A DNA stretch of 64,000 bases from an uncultured Actinomycetes bacterium. GTDB lineage: Bacteria > Actinomycetota > UBA4738 > HRBIN12. The stretch's first letter is position 1. Every line of letters starts with the position of its first letter. The stretch is from the NCBI GenBank assembly GCA_964640085.1, contig CAZXFA010000014.1:281-64280 (forward strand), written 5' to 3'. Position numbers and translations under genes: made by a program. Positions 11,813-22,067 of the stretch are shown here, in pieces. A model generated the notes under the pieces. It had not been told where the DNA came from. It saw nothing but the letters and a program-made list of their open reading frames with translations, and searched no databases.

Positions 11813-13078
11813 TCAGCCCGGGTAGACGGGGTACCTCGCCACGAGCTCGGCCACCCTGGCGCGACACGCATCCTCGACGCGTCGGTCATCCGACGCGCGC
11901 AGAGCGTCTCCGAGGATGTCCGCGATCTCCTTCATCTCGGGTTCGTCCATGCCCAGCGTGGCCGGCCCCGGCGTTCCCAGCCGCATGCCCGAGGGATCGC
12001 GGGGCGGCCGCGGGTCGAACGGGATCCCGTTCTTGTTGACCGCGATGCCGATCCGGTCGCACACGGTCTCGGCGTCCTGCCCGCCGATCCCCAGCGGCCG
12101 CAGGTCGCAGAGCACCAGATGGGAGTCCGTCCCGCCGGAGACGATCCGCACCCCCCGGTCGGCCAGTCCCTCGGAGAGCGCCCGAGCGGTGCGCACCGTC
12201 CGCTCCGCGTAGCTTGCGAAGTCGGGGCTCATCGCCTCCTTCAGGCACACGGCCTTGGCCGCGATCACGTGCTCGAGCGGTCCTCCCTGCATCATCGGGA
12301 AGACGGCCTTGTCGAGGGCCGCGGCATGCTGCTCACGGCACAGGACGATCGCGCCCCGAGGACCGCGGAGGGTCTTGTGGGTGGTGAACGTCACGACGTC
12401 GGCGTGCGGCACCGGGTTCGGGTAGGCCCCTCCGGCGCACAGACCGATGAAGTGCGACGCGTCCACCCACAGGATCGCCCCGACCTCGTCGGCGATCTCC
12501 CGGAAGGCCGCGAAGTCGATCATCCGCGGGTAGGCGGTGAAACCCGCTAGGAGGATCTTCGGCCGATGCTCCAGCGCCAGATCGCGGATCCGATCCATGT
12601 CGAGCTGCTCGGTCTCCCGGTCCACCTCGTAGGCGACGAAGCGGAACCACATCCCCGAGACGTTCACCGGCGAGCCGTGCGTCAGATGGCCACCGTGCGG
12701 CAGGGCGAGCGCGAGGACCGTGTCGTCCGACCGCGGCTCCAGGAACGCACCGAACACGGCTAGGTTGGCCTGCGCACCGGCATGCGGTTGGACGTTCGCG
12801 TGCTTGGCCCCGAACAGCTCCTTCGCCCGCTCGATCGCCAGCTCTTCCGTCCTGTCCACGAACGCGCATCCTCCGTAGTAGCGCCGCCCCGGGTATCCCT
12901 CCGCGTACTTGTTGTTCATGGTCGAGGCCTGTGCCGCGAGCACGGCCGGGCTCGCGTAGTTCTCCGATGCGATCAGCCGCAGGGTGGCTCGCTCGCGCGC
13001 CAGCTCTCCGGCGATCGCGTCGGCCACCTCGGGGTCATCCCGCTGGAGCGCCTCCCAATCAGCCACGAACTCCCTCAT
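11813..13078 (-). CDS. glyA: Serine hydroxymethyltransferase
   Basis: LIASENY, NKYAEGYPGRRYYGGC, HGGHLTHG, TTHKTLRGPRG (PLP Lys). Confidence 0.97.
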   Translation of the reverse strand: MREFVADWEALQRDDPEVADAIAGELARERATLRLIASENYASPAVLAAQASTMNNKYAEGYPGRRYYGGCAFVDRTEELAIERAKELFGAKHANVQPHAGAQANLAVFGAFLEPRSDDTVLALALPHGGHLTHGSPVNVSGMWFRFVAYEVDRETEQLDMDRIRDLALEHRPKILLAGFTAYPRMIDFAAFREIADEVGAILWVDASHFIGLCAGGAYPNPVPHADVVTFTTHKTLRGPRGAIVLCREQHAAALDKAVFPMMQGGPLEHVIAAKAVCLKEAMSPDFASYAERTVRTARALSEGLADRGVRIVSGGTDSHLVLCDLRPLGIGGQDAETVCDRIGIAVNKNGIPFDPRPPRDPSGMRLGTPGPATLGMDEPEMKEIADILGDALRASDDRRVEDACRARVAELVARYPVYPG

Positions 13079-13521
13079 CGCTCTCCCCGTTCGATCTGAC
13101 CGATCCGCTCGACGCGCCGGGCGTGCCGTCCCCCATCGAAGGGCGTGGCCAACCACACCCGCACGATCTCCCAAGCGAGGGGCGCCGCGACCACGCGCCC
13201 CCCCATCGCCAGCACGTTCGCGTCGTTGTGTCGACGCGAGAGCTCCGCGAGGTACAGGTCGTGGCACAGGGCTGCCCGGATCCCGCGGACCTTGTTCGCG
13301 ACGATCTGCTCCCCTTGACCGGACCCGCCCAGCACGATCGCCCGGTCGGCCAACCCGTCGACCACCGCTCGGGCGGCCGCGGCGCAGAAGTCCGGGTAGT
13401 CGACCGGCTCCTCGGAGTCGGTGCCCAGGTCACGCACCGCGTGCCCCTCCTCCTCCAGGAAGACCTTGAGGGACTCCTTCAGGGGGAACCCGGCGTGGTC
13501 GGCTCCGAGCGCGACCCTCAC
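13075..13521 (-). CDS. rpiB: Ribose 5-phosphate isomerase B
   Basis: GADHAGFPLK, VDYPD, GGSGQGEQIVANKV, RRHNDANVL, FDGGRHARR. Confidence 0.93.
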   Translation of the reverse strand: MRVALGADHAGFPLKESLKVFLEEEGHAVRDLGTDSEEPVDYPDFCAAAARAVVDGLADRAIVLGGSGQGEQIVANKVRGIRAALCHDLYLAELSRRHNDANVLAMGGRVVAAPLAWEIVRVWLATPFDGGRHARRVERIGQIERGER

Positions 13522-14126
13522 CCCGCGCTCCCCGCCCGAGCGTCGGCCGGAACCTGCTCGCGACCGAACAGGGCGGCGACGAGCCGCTCGCACCAGGTCT
13601 CCAGCTCCCAGCCAACGGCTCGGAAGGTCTCCAGGGGCATCCCGAGTGGATCCTCGACGTCCTCGTCGTGGACCTTGCCGCGGAAGCTCGACCGGCGGAG
13701 GGCGTCGGCACCGGAGACCCGCAGGTGCAGGCGGTGGTCCACATCGCCGGACCCCGCGGCGGACGCCGGGACTGCCTCCAGCAGCTGGACCAACTCCTTG
13801 AGGGTGAAGGTCCTCGCCGCGGCGTCGGGCGCGGCGCCGACGACGGCGTCGCGGTGCTCGCCGGTCATCGTCACGATGAGGTCGGCCGTCTGGGTCAGGT
13901 CAGCCCGCAGCCGGCGCGCGATGTGGCCCGTTATGTCGACGTCGCGCTCGGCTGCCGCGCGCACCGCGCCGGGCTCGGGATGGGTGCCCTCCCGGGCGAT
14001 CAGGCCCGCCGACGCGACCAACGGGGCGTCGGGTCCGAGCCGCCGCGCCAGCCCCGCGCGCAGGAAGCCCTCGGCCATCGGCGAGCGACAGATGTTGCCG
14101 GTGCAGATGACGAGGATAGAGGCCAT
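13518..14126 (-). CDS. Low-molecular-weight protein tyrosine/arginine phosphatase
   Basis: N-terminal P-loop ICTGNICRSPMAE; DVEDP general-acid motif. Confidence 0.88.
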   Translation of the reverse strand: MASILVICTGNICRSPMAEGFLRAGLARRLGPDAPLVASAGLIAREGTHPEPGAVRAAAERDVDITGHIARRLRADLTQTADLIVTMTGEHRDAVVGAAPDAAARTFTLKELVQLLEAVPASAAGSGDVDHRLHLRVSGADALRRSSFRGKVHDEDVEDPLGMPLETFRAVGWELETWCERLVAALFGREQVPADARAGSAG

Positions 14127-14185
14127 GGGAAACGAGGCGAGTCTAGCATCGGCCCTCCGCTCCACCGATCCGTGAGCCGAGCTCC

Positions 14186-14782
14186 TCAGGGCGCGAGCGC
14201 GCCCAGGATCTCGCGCTCGGCGACGGCGCCGCGGCGCAGCACCCGTGGCTCCCGTTGGGCGAGGTCGACGACCGTGGAGGGGCGGCCTTCGAGCGGTACC
14301 TCCTCGCACAGGTACACGTCGACGGAGGCCCCGAAGATCGCGCGCAGCTCCTGGCACGTCGACGGCGTCGATCGGCCGCTCCGGTTGGCGCTCGTCACCG
14401 CGAGCGGTCCGGTCCTCGCCAGGACGGCAAGGGCGAGCGGGTGATGGGGGACGCGCACGCCGATCGTCGCGGGATCCCCACCGAGATCCCACGCGGCGCT
14501 CGCCGGCGTCCTCGTCAGCACCAGCGTGAGCGGTCCCGCCCAGAACCGTGTGGCCAGGATCTCGGCCCGCTCGTCGAAGGCCGCGATCTCCCGCGCGGCG
14601 GCGGTCCCGGGGACCAGGACCGGCAGCTCCAACTCCCGCGGGCGTCCTTTGACGTCGAACAGGCGTGCGGTCGCGGCCGGATCGTCCGGGCGGGTGCCGA
14701 TCCCGTACACGGTGTCGGTGGGGATCACGATGAGGTTCCCGGACGTGGCCTCCCGAACGGCCACCAGGATGGGGTCACTCAC
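14186..14782 (-). CDS. tsaC: L-threonylcarbamoyladenylate synthase (TsaC/YrdC, short form)
   Basis: IPTDTVYG, KGRP, GPLTLVL, TSANRSG, PSTVVD. Confidence 0.9.
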   Translation of the reverse strand: MSDPILVAVREATSGNLIVIPTDTVYGIGTRPDDPAATARLFDVKGRPRELELPVLVPGTAAAREIAAFDERAEILATRFWAGPLTLVLTRTPASAAWDLGGDPATIGVRVPHHPLALAVLARTGPLAVTSANRSGRSTPSTCQELRAIFGASVDVYLCEEVPLEGRPSTVVDLAQREPRVLRRGAVAEREILGALAP

Positions 14783-15615
14783 GGCCGGCGGGCCAGGAGC
14801 ACCCGATCGCGACCGGCGAGGTCGCGGTCCACGCGGACGTCCATGAACGTATCGGCCAGCATCGAGACGATGCGTTCGCCCTGCGCGGCGCCGATCTCGA
14901 CCGCGAGCACGCCCCCGTCCCGGAGCCACCGCAGCGCCTCGGTCGCCAACCGCTCGTACACGTGGATCCCTCCGACGAGCGCCCCGAGGGGATCGGCTTT
15001 CACGTCGGCCGGCAGGTCGTCGTATTCGTCCGGCTCCACGTACGGTGGGTTGCTCACGATCAGGTCCAGCCATCCACGGAGCTCATCCGGGAGCGGCGAG
15101 AGCTGGTCCCCCTCGAGGACCGTCACCTCCAGTCCCAGCCGGGCGGCGTTCGCGCGGGCGAGCTCGACCGCCTCCGGCGAGCGGTCCGTCGCGAACGCCC
15201 GCGCGTCCGGACGTTCATCCTTGATCGCGAGCGCGACGGCGCCCGTGCCGGTCCCGACGTCGACGACCACCGGCGCCTCGAAATCGACCAGGGCCTCGAG
15301 GGCTCGATCGACCAGGACCTCGGTCTCCGGCCGCGGCACGAACACGCCGGGCCGGACCTCCACAGTGAGCCGTCGGAACCGCTGCTCGCCGACCAGGTGC
15401 TGGAGCGGGGTCCCGGCGCACCGCTGGCACAGCGCCCTGCCGAACATCCTGGCCTGCCGGGCATCGAGCCCATCGGACCGCGTGTAGAGCCCCGCCCGGT
15501 CCGTGCCGAGGACGTGCATCAGGAGCCGTTCGGCGTTGACGCGCGGGCTCTCCACGCCGTGACGCTCGAGGTACTCGGTGGCTCGACGCACGATCTCCGA
15601 TGGGGAACGCGCCAC
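14779..15615 (-). CDS. prmC: Release factor glutamine methyltransferase
   Basis: VFVPRPETE, DVGTGTG, SNPPY; downstream of prfA. Confidence 0.95.
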   Translation of the reverse strand: MARSPSEIVRRATEYLERHGVESPRVNAERLLMHVLGTDRAGLYTRSDGLDARQARMFGRALCQRCAGTPLQHLVGEQRFRRLTVEVRPGVFVPRPETEVLVDRALEALVDFEAPVVVDVGTGTGAVALAIKDERPDARAFATDRSPEAVELARANAARLGLEVTVLEGDQLSPLPDELRGWLDLIVSNPPYVEPDEYDDLPADVKADPLGALVGGIHVYERLATEALRWLRDGGVLAVEIGAAQGERIVSMLADTFMDVRVDRDLAGRDRVLLARRP

Positions 15616-15618
15616 GGC

Positions 15619-16698
15619 TCAGCCCTGCCGGTCCCCCGCCAGCTGGGCGGTCCGCTCGGCGGCCAGGAGTGCTTCCACGAACGGCTCGATCCCCCCGGCG
15701 AGCACCGCCGGGAGCTGGTGGAGCGTGAGCTTCACCCGATGATCGGTCACCCGACTCTCGGGGAAGTTGTACGTGCGGATCTTCTCCGCCCGCTCCCCCG
15801 TCCCCACCTGCGAGCGACGGGTCGCGGCCTCCCTGGCGGCGGCCTCCTCTTGCGCGCGGTGGAGCAGGCGGGCCCGCAGGTGGCGCATCGCCTTCTCGCG
15901 GTTCTGGAGCTGCGACCGCTCTTCCTGGCACGCCACGACGATCCCGGTGGGCCTGTGCGTGATCCGCACCGCCGAGTCGGTGGTGTTCACCGACTGACCC
16001 CCCGGACCCGACGAACGGTAGACGTCCACCTGGAGATCCTCGGGGCGGATCTGGACCTCCACCTCCTCGGCCTCGGGCAGGACGGCCACCGTGGCCGTCG
16101 AGGTGTGGATCCGACCGGAGGACTCCGTGACCGGGACCCGCTGCACCCGATGGACGCCCGACTCGTGCTTGAGGCGCGAGTAGGCGCCCTTCCCGCGGAT
16201 CTCGAGCACGATCTCCTTGAACCCACCGAGGTCCGAGGGGGACGCGGAGAGGACCTCGCTCTTCCACCGGTTGCGTTCGGCGAAGTGCCGGTAGAGCTCC
16301 GAGAGCTCGGCCGCCCACAACGCGGCCTCTTGGCCTCCCGCGCCGGCCCGGATCTCCATGACCACGTCCTTCGCGTCGTTGGGATCCTTCGGGACGAGCA
16401 TCCCCTCCAACCGGGCGCGCAGGTCGGCCGCCCGGGCCTCGGCCGCGCGGGCCTCCTCGCGCAGGAAGGCCGCCATCTCCGCGTCGGTCTCTGCCCCGGC
16501 CAGCGCGAGGGCCTCTTCGGACTGTCGGACGGCCTCTCGGTACTGGCGGAAGGGGACGACGATCTCCTGCAGATCGGCCAGGTCCTTGCCGAGCCTCCGC
16601 AACCGCTCGGGCTCGGCGGCCGTCTCCATCGAGGCCAGATCGGCCTGCACCTGCTCGTATCGGGCCTCGACCTCCGCGAGCTTCGCTTCCAGGTCCAC
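15619..16698 (-). CDS. prfA: Peptide chain release factor 1
   Basis: HRVQRVPVTE (PxT specificity motif of RF1), SSGPGGQSVNTTDSAVR, KIRTYNFP; start trimmed to GTG 16698. Confidence 0.96.
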   Translation of the reverse strand: MDLEAKLAEVEARYEQVQADLASMETAAEPERLRRLGKDLADLQEIVVPFRQYREAVRQSEEALALAGAETDAEMAAFLREEARAAEARAADLRARLEGMLVPKDPNDAKDVVMEIRAGAGGQEAALWAAELSELYRHFAERNRWKSEVLSASPSDLGGFKEIVLEIRGKGAYSRLKHESGVHRVQRVPVTESSGRIHTSTATVAVLPEAEEVEVQIRPEDLQVDVYRSSGPGGQSVNTTDSAVRITHRPTGIVVACQEERSQLQNREKAMRHLRARLLHRAQEEAAAREAATRRSQVGTGERAEKIRTYNFPESRVTDHRVKLTLHQLPAVLAGGIEPFVEALLAAERTAQLAGDRQG

Positions 16699-16738
16699 GC
16701 CCCGATCATCCCAGGCGGGGCACCCGATCGCGTAGGGG

Positions 16739-17539
16739 TCAGCCGCTGGGTTCTTCGTCCTCCTCGCCCCAGGACAGGTCCAGCGGCGGCAGATCAGGAA
16801 CCTGGAGGTGGATCGTATCGGTCCCCTCCCACAGCTCCTCGTACGAGGGGACGGCGGGGACGTCGAAGAGGTCCTCCCCGCCCGCCGTCCCGGAGCCTCC
16901 CTCCCGGGCGACGTCGACCACCTCGCTCGTCGACGCAGGCTCGGTCGCCGAGGCGACCCCACCGGGTCCCGGCCCTTCGATGGCGCCCTCCAGATCGCGC
17001 GCCACGCCGATCAGCCGCTCCTGCATCTCCGTGAGCTGGCGCACGAGCGCGTCCCGCTGGGTGCTCAGACCGGCGATGGTCCGATCCGCCTGCTCGCGGG
17101 CATACCGCAGCCGGTGATCGGCCTCGGACCGCGCCTCGTCGGCCTTCGCGTGGGCATCGGTCCGGATCCTGTCGGCGTCCGAGCGGGCCTCGCGGAGCAC
17201 GCGCTCGGCCTCCTCCTGCGCGTCGGCACGGAGCCGCTCGGCCGTACCCTCCGCCTCACGGATCAGGGACGCCACCCGCTCACCGAGCTGGTCGTACGGA
17301 TCGGACCGGGGGCGGGGAGGGGGAGCGCTGCTGAGGGCCGCGGCCTCGAGGCGAGCCTCGCGGATCATGGTCGCCATGCGCTCCACCTGGTCGGCGAGCT
17401 GTTCGAGGTAGTTGCGGACCTGGTCGGGGTCGTACCCACGGCGGACCGTCACGAACTCGCGGCGCCGGATCTGCTCCGCCGAGATGAGGACAGGGAGGTC
17501 GAGCTCGGTCACGGGCATCGGGGAAGCCTCCTCGTTCAC
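16739..17539 (-). CDS. DivIVA domain-containing coiled-coil protein
   Basis: ISAEQIRRREFVTVRRGYDPDQVRNYL matches the DivIVA N-terminal motif; long coiled coil and acidic tail. Confidence 0.8.
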   Translation of the reverse strand: MNEEASPMPVTELDLPVLISAEQIRRREFVTVRRGYDPDQVRNYLEQLADQVERMATMIREARLEAAALSSAPPPRPRSDPYDQLGERVASLIREAEGTAERLRADAQEEAERVLREARSDADRIRTDAHAKADEARSEADHRLRYAREQADRTIAGLSTQRDALVRQLTEMQERLIGVARDLEGAIEGPGPGGVASATEPASTSEVVDVAREGGSGTAGGEDLFDVPAVPSYEELWEGTDTIHLQVPDLPPLDLSWGEEDEEPSG

Positions 17540-17614
17540 AGCGTCGGATGCGTCGACACGCTACACCCCCATCCGGCCGGATCCAAGGATCTCCGGCGTC
17601 GGCGCCCGCGCCCC

Positions 17615-18517
17615 TCACGGCTCGGCGGTTCGGAGCTCGCCCTCCCGACGCACCACCTCGTTGAAGGACGCGATCGCGACGGCGATCTGATCGCGGTCCG
17701 GCGGCTGGGTGGTGATCTTCTGCAGCCACAGCCCGGGGGTCATCAGGGCTCGGACCAGTCGGGACCCTGGGAACCGCGCTCCGAGGCGGAGCAGCTCGAA
17801 CGCGATCCCCGCGATGATCGGGATCGCCAGGATCCGCGATCCGATCCGCCACCAGAGCCCGGGGTTCCCGAACACCGCGAAGACGAAGATCGTGATCACC
17901 ATCACCAGCAGCAGGAAGTTCGTGCCGCACCGGACGTGGAGCGTGGAGTAGCGGTCCACGGCCGAGGGCTCGAGCACCTCATCGTGCTCGTACGCGGCGA
18001 TCGTCTTGTGCTCGGCGCCGTGGTACGCGAAGACGCGTCGGATGTCCCTCGCGCGTCCGATGAGCAGGAGGTATCCCAGGAACAGCGCGACCCGGAACAC
18101 GCCCTCCATCGCGTTCACCGCCAAGCTCGAGTCCACCCGCCGCCCCACCCATCGGAACGCCGCCGCGGGCAGGACGATGAACAGGAGGAGGAAGATCGCG
18201 AGGGCGAGCACCATCGAGAGGGCCATCTGGCGGGACGAGAGCTGTTCCCCTTCCTCGGCCGCCTCCCGAGCGGAGATCGAGAGGGCCCGGAACCCGATGG
18301 CCAGCGCCTGTCCCAACGCGATTACCCCGCGGATGAACGGCTTCGCCAGGACCGGGTGGCGGCGAGCCACCGACCGGATCTCGTGCGACTCGATGTGGAG
18401 GTCCCCGGACGGCTTGCGGACCGCGATCGCCCAGACGTCGCGGCCGCGCATCATCACGCCCTCCACGACGGCCTGGCCGCCGTAGTGATGGTTGTGCTTG
18501 GCCGCCTCCTCCGCCAT
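17615..18517 (-). CDS. DUF1385 family membrane protein (putative metal-dependent enzyme)
   Basis: YGGQAVVEGVMMRG, YHGAEHKTI, HVRCGTNF, PGLWLQKITT. Confidence 0.88.
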   Translation of the reverse strand: MAEEAAKHNHHYGGQAVVEGVMMRGRDVWAIAVRKPSGDLHIESHEIRSVARRHPVLAKPFIRGVIALGQALAIGFRALSISAREAAEEGEQLSSRQMALSMVLALAIFLLLFIVLPAAAFRWVGRRVDSSLAVNAMEGVFRVALFLGYLLLIGRARDIRRVFAYHGAEHKTIAAYEHDEVLEPSAVDRYSTLHVRCGTNFLLLVMVITIFVFAVFGNPGLWWRIGSRILAIPIIAGIAFELLRLGARFPGSRLVRALMTPGLWLQKITTQPPDRDQIAVAIASFNEVVRREGELRTAEP

Positions 18518-18531
18518 CGGACGGGATCGGC

Positions 18532-18810
18532 TCAGTTGTCCTCGGGGGGAGACTCGCCCGTCGAGACGTCGGCCGGCTTGGCGGCGCGCGCCGATGCGGG
18601 CGCGCTGCCGCCCTGTTTCGCGTACCGCCGCTGGAACCGTTCGACCCGGCCCCCCGAGTCGACCAGCTTCTGCTTTCCCGTGTAGAAGGGGTGACAATTC
18701 GAGCAGATCTCGACGCGGAGCTCGGATCGCGTGCTCCGGGTCTGGAAGGTGTTCCCGCAGGCGCATTGGACCGTCGCCACGCCGTACTCCGGATGGATGC
18801 GTTGTTTCAT
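18532..18810 (-). CDS. rpmE: 50S ribosomal protein L31, zinc-binding type
   Basis: [32 protein letters not shown]. Confidence 0.96.
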   Translation of the reverse strand: MKQRIHPEYGVATVQCACGNTFQTRSTRSELRVEICSNCHPFYTGKQKLVDSGGRVERFQRRYAKQGGSAPASARAAKPADVSTGESPPEDN

Positions 18811-18846
18811 GTTGCCTCGACTCCTCGCAGGTGATGGCGCTCCAGC

Positions 18847-20430
18847 TTACGAGGCCGGCGCCTTGGCGATCTCCTTGAGGAACTGCTCGTTGGACTTGGT
18901 CGAGCGGATCTTGTCCGTGAGCAGCTCGAGGGCCGCCCCCGGCTCGAGCGCGTGGAGCACCCGCCGGAGCCGCCAGACCAGCGCGAGCTCCTCGGGGGGC
19001 ATGAGCAGCTCCTCCTTGCGCGTGCTGCTCGCCTCCACGTTGATCGCGGGGAACAACCGTTTCTCAGCGAGCTGCCGATCCAGCCGCAGCTCCATGTTGC
19101 CCGTTCCCTTGAACTCCTCGAAGATCCCCTCGTCCATCCGGGAGCCGGTCTCCACCAACGCGCTCGCGATGATCGAGAGGGATCCGCCCTCCTCGATGTT
19201 CCGGGCGGCCCCGAAGAACCGCCGGGGCGGGTAGAGGGCGGTCGAGTCGATGCCCCCGGACAGGATCTTGCCCGAGGCCGGGGCCGCCAGGTTGTACGCG
19301 CGCGCCAGCCGCGTGATGGAGTCCAGGATGATGGCGACGTCCTGGCCCATCTCGGCCAGGCGCTTGGCCCGCTCCAGCACGAGCTCGGTTACCTGGATGT
19401 GCTGATCCGGCGGCTTGTCGAACGTCGAGTACACGACTTCGGCGGCCTCGACCGTTCGCTGCCAGTCGGTGACCTCCTCCGGACGCTCGTCCACCAGCAG
19501 CACGATCACATGGGTCTCGGGGTTCGAGTTCAGGATCCCGCTCGCGATGTTCTTCAAGACGGTCGTCTTGCCAGCCTTCGGCGGCGAGACGACCATCCCG
19601 CGCTGTCCCTTCCCGACCGGAGCAACCATGTCGATGATCCGGCCGGTGACGTCGGTGGGACCGGTCTCCAGACGGAAGCGTTCGTGCGGGAACAGCGGGG
19701 TGAGCTTCTCGAAGTTCGGCCGCCGCTTGGCCTCCTCCGGATCCAGCTCGTTCACCGACTCGATCTGGAGCAGGGCGAAGTACTTCTCGTTGTCCTTGGG
19801 CTGCCGCACCTTGCCGGTCACCGTGTCGCCCTTGCGCAGCATGAACCGCCGCACCTGGGAGAGCGAGACGTAGATGTCCTGCGACCCCGGCAGGTAGCCG
19901 GACGTCCGGAGGAACCCGTATCCCTCCGGGAGGATGTCGAGCAGCCCGGTGGCCGTCGGGGCGTTGGCGATCTCCTCCTCGCGCATCTCCAGCTCACGCT
20001 GCCGACGCTCCTCGCGCTGGCGGCGCCGCTCCTCGCGCGACGGACGTCGTCGTCCGCCTCCCCCCTCGCGTTCCCGACCAGACTCCGGTCGCGTCCCGTC
20101 GGGGCGTGCACCATGCGGACGGTCACGCCGATCGGGCTGCGTCTCCTGCGCGGCGCCGCCCTCGCGCCGCTCTCCGCCCCCCGGCTCGCGGTCCGCATGC
20201 TCGGGGGTAGCCGTCCGGGCGCCCGCGCCCCGATCGCCGTTGTCCGTCTCACGCTCCGATGCGGTCTCGGTCGCAGGGGCGGCGGTGTCGCCGTTCGCGT
20301 GGGCGAGGATCAGCTCGACCAGGTCCGCCTTCTTCAGTCCTCTGTGCCCCTCGATCCCGAGGTCGGACGCGATCTTGTGCAGCTCCGCCGCGACCTTGCC
20401 CTCGAGGGTGCTCCTGTCGATCGTGGCCAC
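18847..20430 (-). CDS. rho: Transcription termination factor Rho (with low-complexity N-terminal insertion)
   Basis: [49 protein letters not shown]. Confidence 0.97.
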   Translation of the reverse strand: MATIDRSTLEGKVAAELHKIASDLGIEGHRGLKKADLVELILAHANGDTAAPATETASERETDNGDRGAGARTATPEHADREPGGGERREGGAAQETQPDRRDRPHGARPDGTRPESGREREGGGGRRRPSREERRRQREERRQRELEMREEEIANAPTATGLLDILPEGYGFLRTSGYLPGSQDIYVSLSQVRRFMLRKGDTVTGKVRQPKDNEKYFALLQIESVNELDPEEAKRRPNFEKLTPLFPHERFRLETGPTDVTGRIIDMVAPVGKGQRGMVVSPPKAGKTTVLKNIASGILNSNPETHVIVLLVDERPEEVTDWQRTVEAAEVVYSTFDKPPDQHIQVTELVLERAKRLAEMGQDVAIILDSITRLARAYNLAAPASGKILSGGIDSTALYPPRRFFGAARNIEEGGSLSIIASALVETGSRMDEGIFEEFKGTGNMELRLDRQLAEKRLFPAINVEASSTRKEELLMPPEELALVWRLRRVLHALEPGAALELLTDKIRSTKSNEQFLKEIAKAPAS

Positions 20431-21093
20431 TCAGGCTCCTTTCCCCAGCTCCCCCTGGAGGGCCTTCCAGTCCTGGAGGAACTTGTCCAACCCGATGTCG
20501 GTCAACGGGTGCTTCACGAGTTGCTTGAACACGTCATGCGGCATCGTGGCGATGTCGGCGCCAGCCAGCGCCGCCTCGACCACGTGCATCGGATGCCGGA
20601 GCGAGGCGGCGAGCACGTTGGTCTCGTACCCCTGGATCTCGTAGATGTCGCAGATCCTGCGCAGCACCTCCATGCCGTCGGAGCCCACGTCGTCCAGACG
20701 TCCGAGGAAGGGCGAGACGATGTAGGCGCCGATCTCGGCGGCCAGGAGCGCCTGCGCCGGCGAGAAGACGAGCGTGACGTTGATCCGGATCCCGTCGGCG
20801 ACCAGGCGCCTGCCGGCCGTGAGCCCGTCGGGCGTCACCGGGACCTTGACGACGGCGTTCGGGGCCATCCGGGCGAGCTCGACGCCCTGCTCGTACATCG
20901 GCCCGGCCTTTGGCTCGGTGGTCTCGAGCGAGATCGGCCCGTCGACCTCCGCAAGGATCTCCTTCCAGACCCGTTCGGGATCGTCGGCCTCCTTGGCGAC
21001 GAGCGACGGGTTCGTCGTCACGCCCCCGAGGACGCCCCACGCGCTGATCTCGCGGATCTCCTGGATGCTGGCGGTGTCCAGGAACAGCTTCAC
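20431..21093 (-). CDS. Transaldolase / fructose-6-phosphate aldolase family (short form)
   Basis: KLFLDTA, GVTTNPSL, VVKVP, NVTLVFS, SPFLGRLDD, AASLRHP; GTG start overlaps the stop of the 2-phosphoglycerate kinase gene. Confidence 0.92.
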   Translation of the reverse strand: MKLFLDTASIQEIREISAWGVLGGVTTNPSLVAKEADDPERVWKEILAEVDGPISLETTEPKAGPMYEQGVELARMAPNAVVKVPVTPDGLTAGRRLVADGIRINVTLVFSPAQALLAAEIGAYIVSPFLGRLDDVGSDGMEVLRRICDIYEIQGYETNVLAASLRHPMHVVEAALAGADIATMPHDVFKQLVKHPLTDIGLDKFLQDWKALQGELGKGA

Positions 21094-22067
21094 CGCTTCC
21101 CCCCTCCTTCGGTCGTACCGGCGACTCGGACCGCGTGCTGGGTCGCGCGGGCGGTCGCGTGCTCCATGACGAGGTCGATGACCGCGGCGAGCGCGCGATC
21201 GAAGTTGTAGTTCGGGATCACGGGGACGCCGTGCGAGAGGGCCTGGCTCTTGATGTACCGCTGCACCCGGCGGATGTTGTCGAACGCCTCCATGTACCGC
21301 CCGGCCGGGCGGCCGGCGTGGTCGGCGGCGCGCACCAGGAAGTGGTTCCGGTGGACCTCCTCGTCGTCCACCGTGAGGATCAGGGGCACGACGAGCACCC
21401 GATCCTCCCAGGCGGACAGGTCCACGAATCCGGGCACGACGTGCGCGCCCTCGATGATCACGCTCGTCCCCTCCATCGCCGCCCGGTCGAGCAACGCGTG
21501 CAGGCCCACCGCCACGGCGGCGGTCTGCTCGCGGAAGCCGACGATCACGGCGTCGCGGGACGGCGGCTCGCGGAGCACCGAGCCCGCCTCGAACGAGGAC
21601 GCGTGGAGCGCGGGCATCAGCTCCCTCGAGAACAGGGCCCGCATGACCTCGCGGACCGCGTCGGTCGCGACCACGCGCACGATCCCCAGCCGCGTGGCGA
21701 GCTGGGTCGCGATCGTGGACTTGCCCACCCCAGTCGTGCCTCCGATCAGCACGACCATCGGGACGTCCAGCGCCTCGACCTCCTGCCACCGGAGGAAGTT
21801 CTTCGCGTATCGCTCCCCGGCCAGCTCCTCGATCGCCTGGAGCGCGATCCGCCGGAGGTCGTCGGAGGAGATGGAGGGCAGGCCGAGATCGAGCAGGCGC
21901 TCCTCGACCGCCTCGGCGACCTGGTACGCGCGGTACGGGGACAGGCCAGTCACCATCACCTGCGAGGCCATCAGCCCCTTGGAGTAGGGCAGCCCAGTCT
22001 CCCCGTCGGAGATCAGGATCTGGGGGTTCTTCGGGTCCTTCCGGGACCCGGATGCGTCCTGCGTCAT
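21090..22067 (-). CDS. pgk2: 2-phosphoglycerate kinase (ATP-cone plus P-loop)
   Basis: N-terminal ATP-cone-like PYSKGLMA..AYQVAEAVEERL; IGGTTGVGKSTIATQLATRLGI..TDAVREVMR; LHASSF; IIEGAHVVPG. Confidence 0.88.
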   Translation of the reverse strand: MTQDASGSRKDPKNPQILISDGETGLPYSKGLMASQVMVTGLSPYRAYQVAEAVEERLLDLGLPSISSDDLRRIALQAIEELAGERYAKNFLRWQEVEALDVPMVVLIGGTTGVGKSTIATQLATRLGIVRVVATDAVREVMRALFSRELMPALHASSFEAGSVLREPPSRDAVIVGFREQTAAVAVGLHALLDRAAMEGTSVIIEGAHVVPGFVDLSAWEDRVLVVPLILTVDDEEVHRNHFLVRAADHAGRPAGRYMEAFDNIRRVQRYIKSQALSHGVPVIPNYNFDRALAAVIDLVMEHATARATQHAVRVAGTTEGGGKR

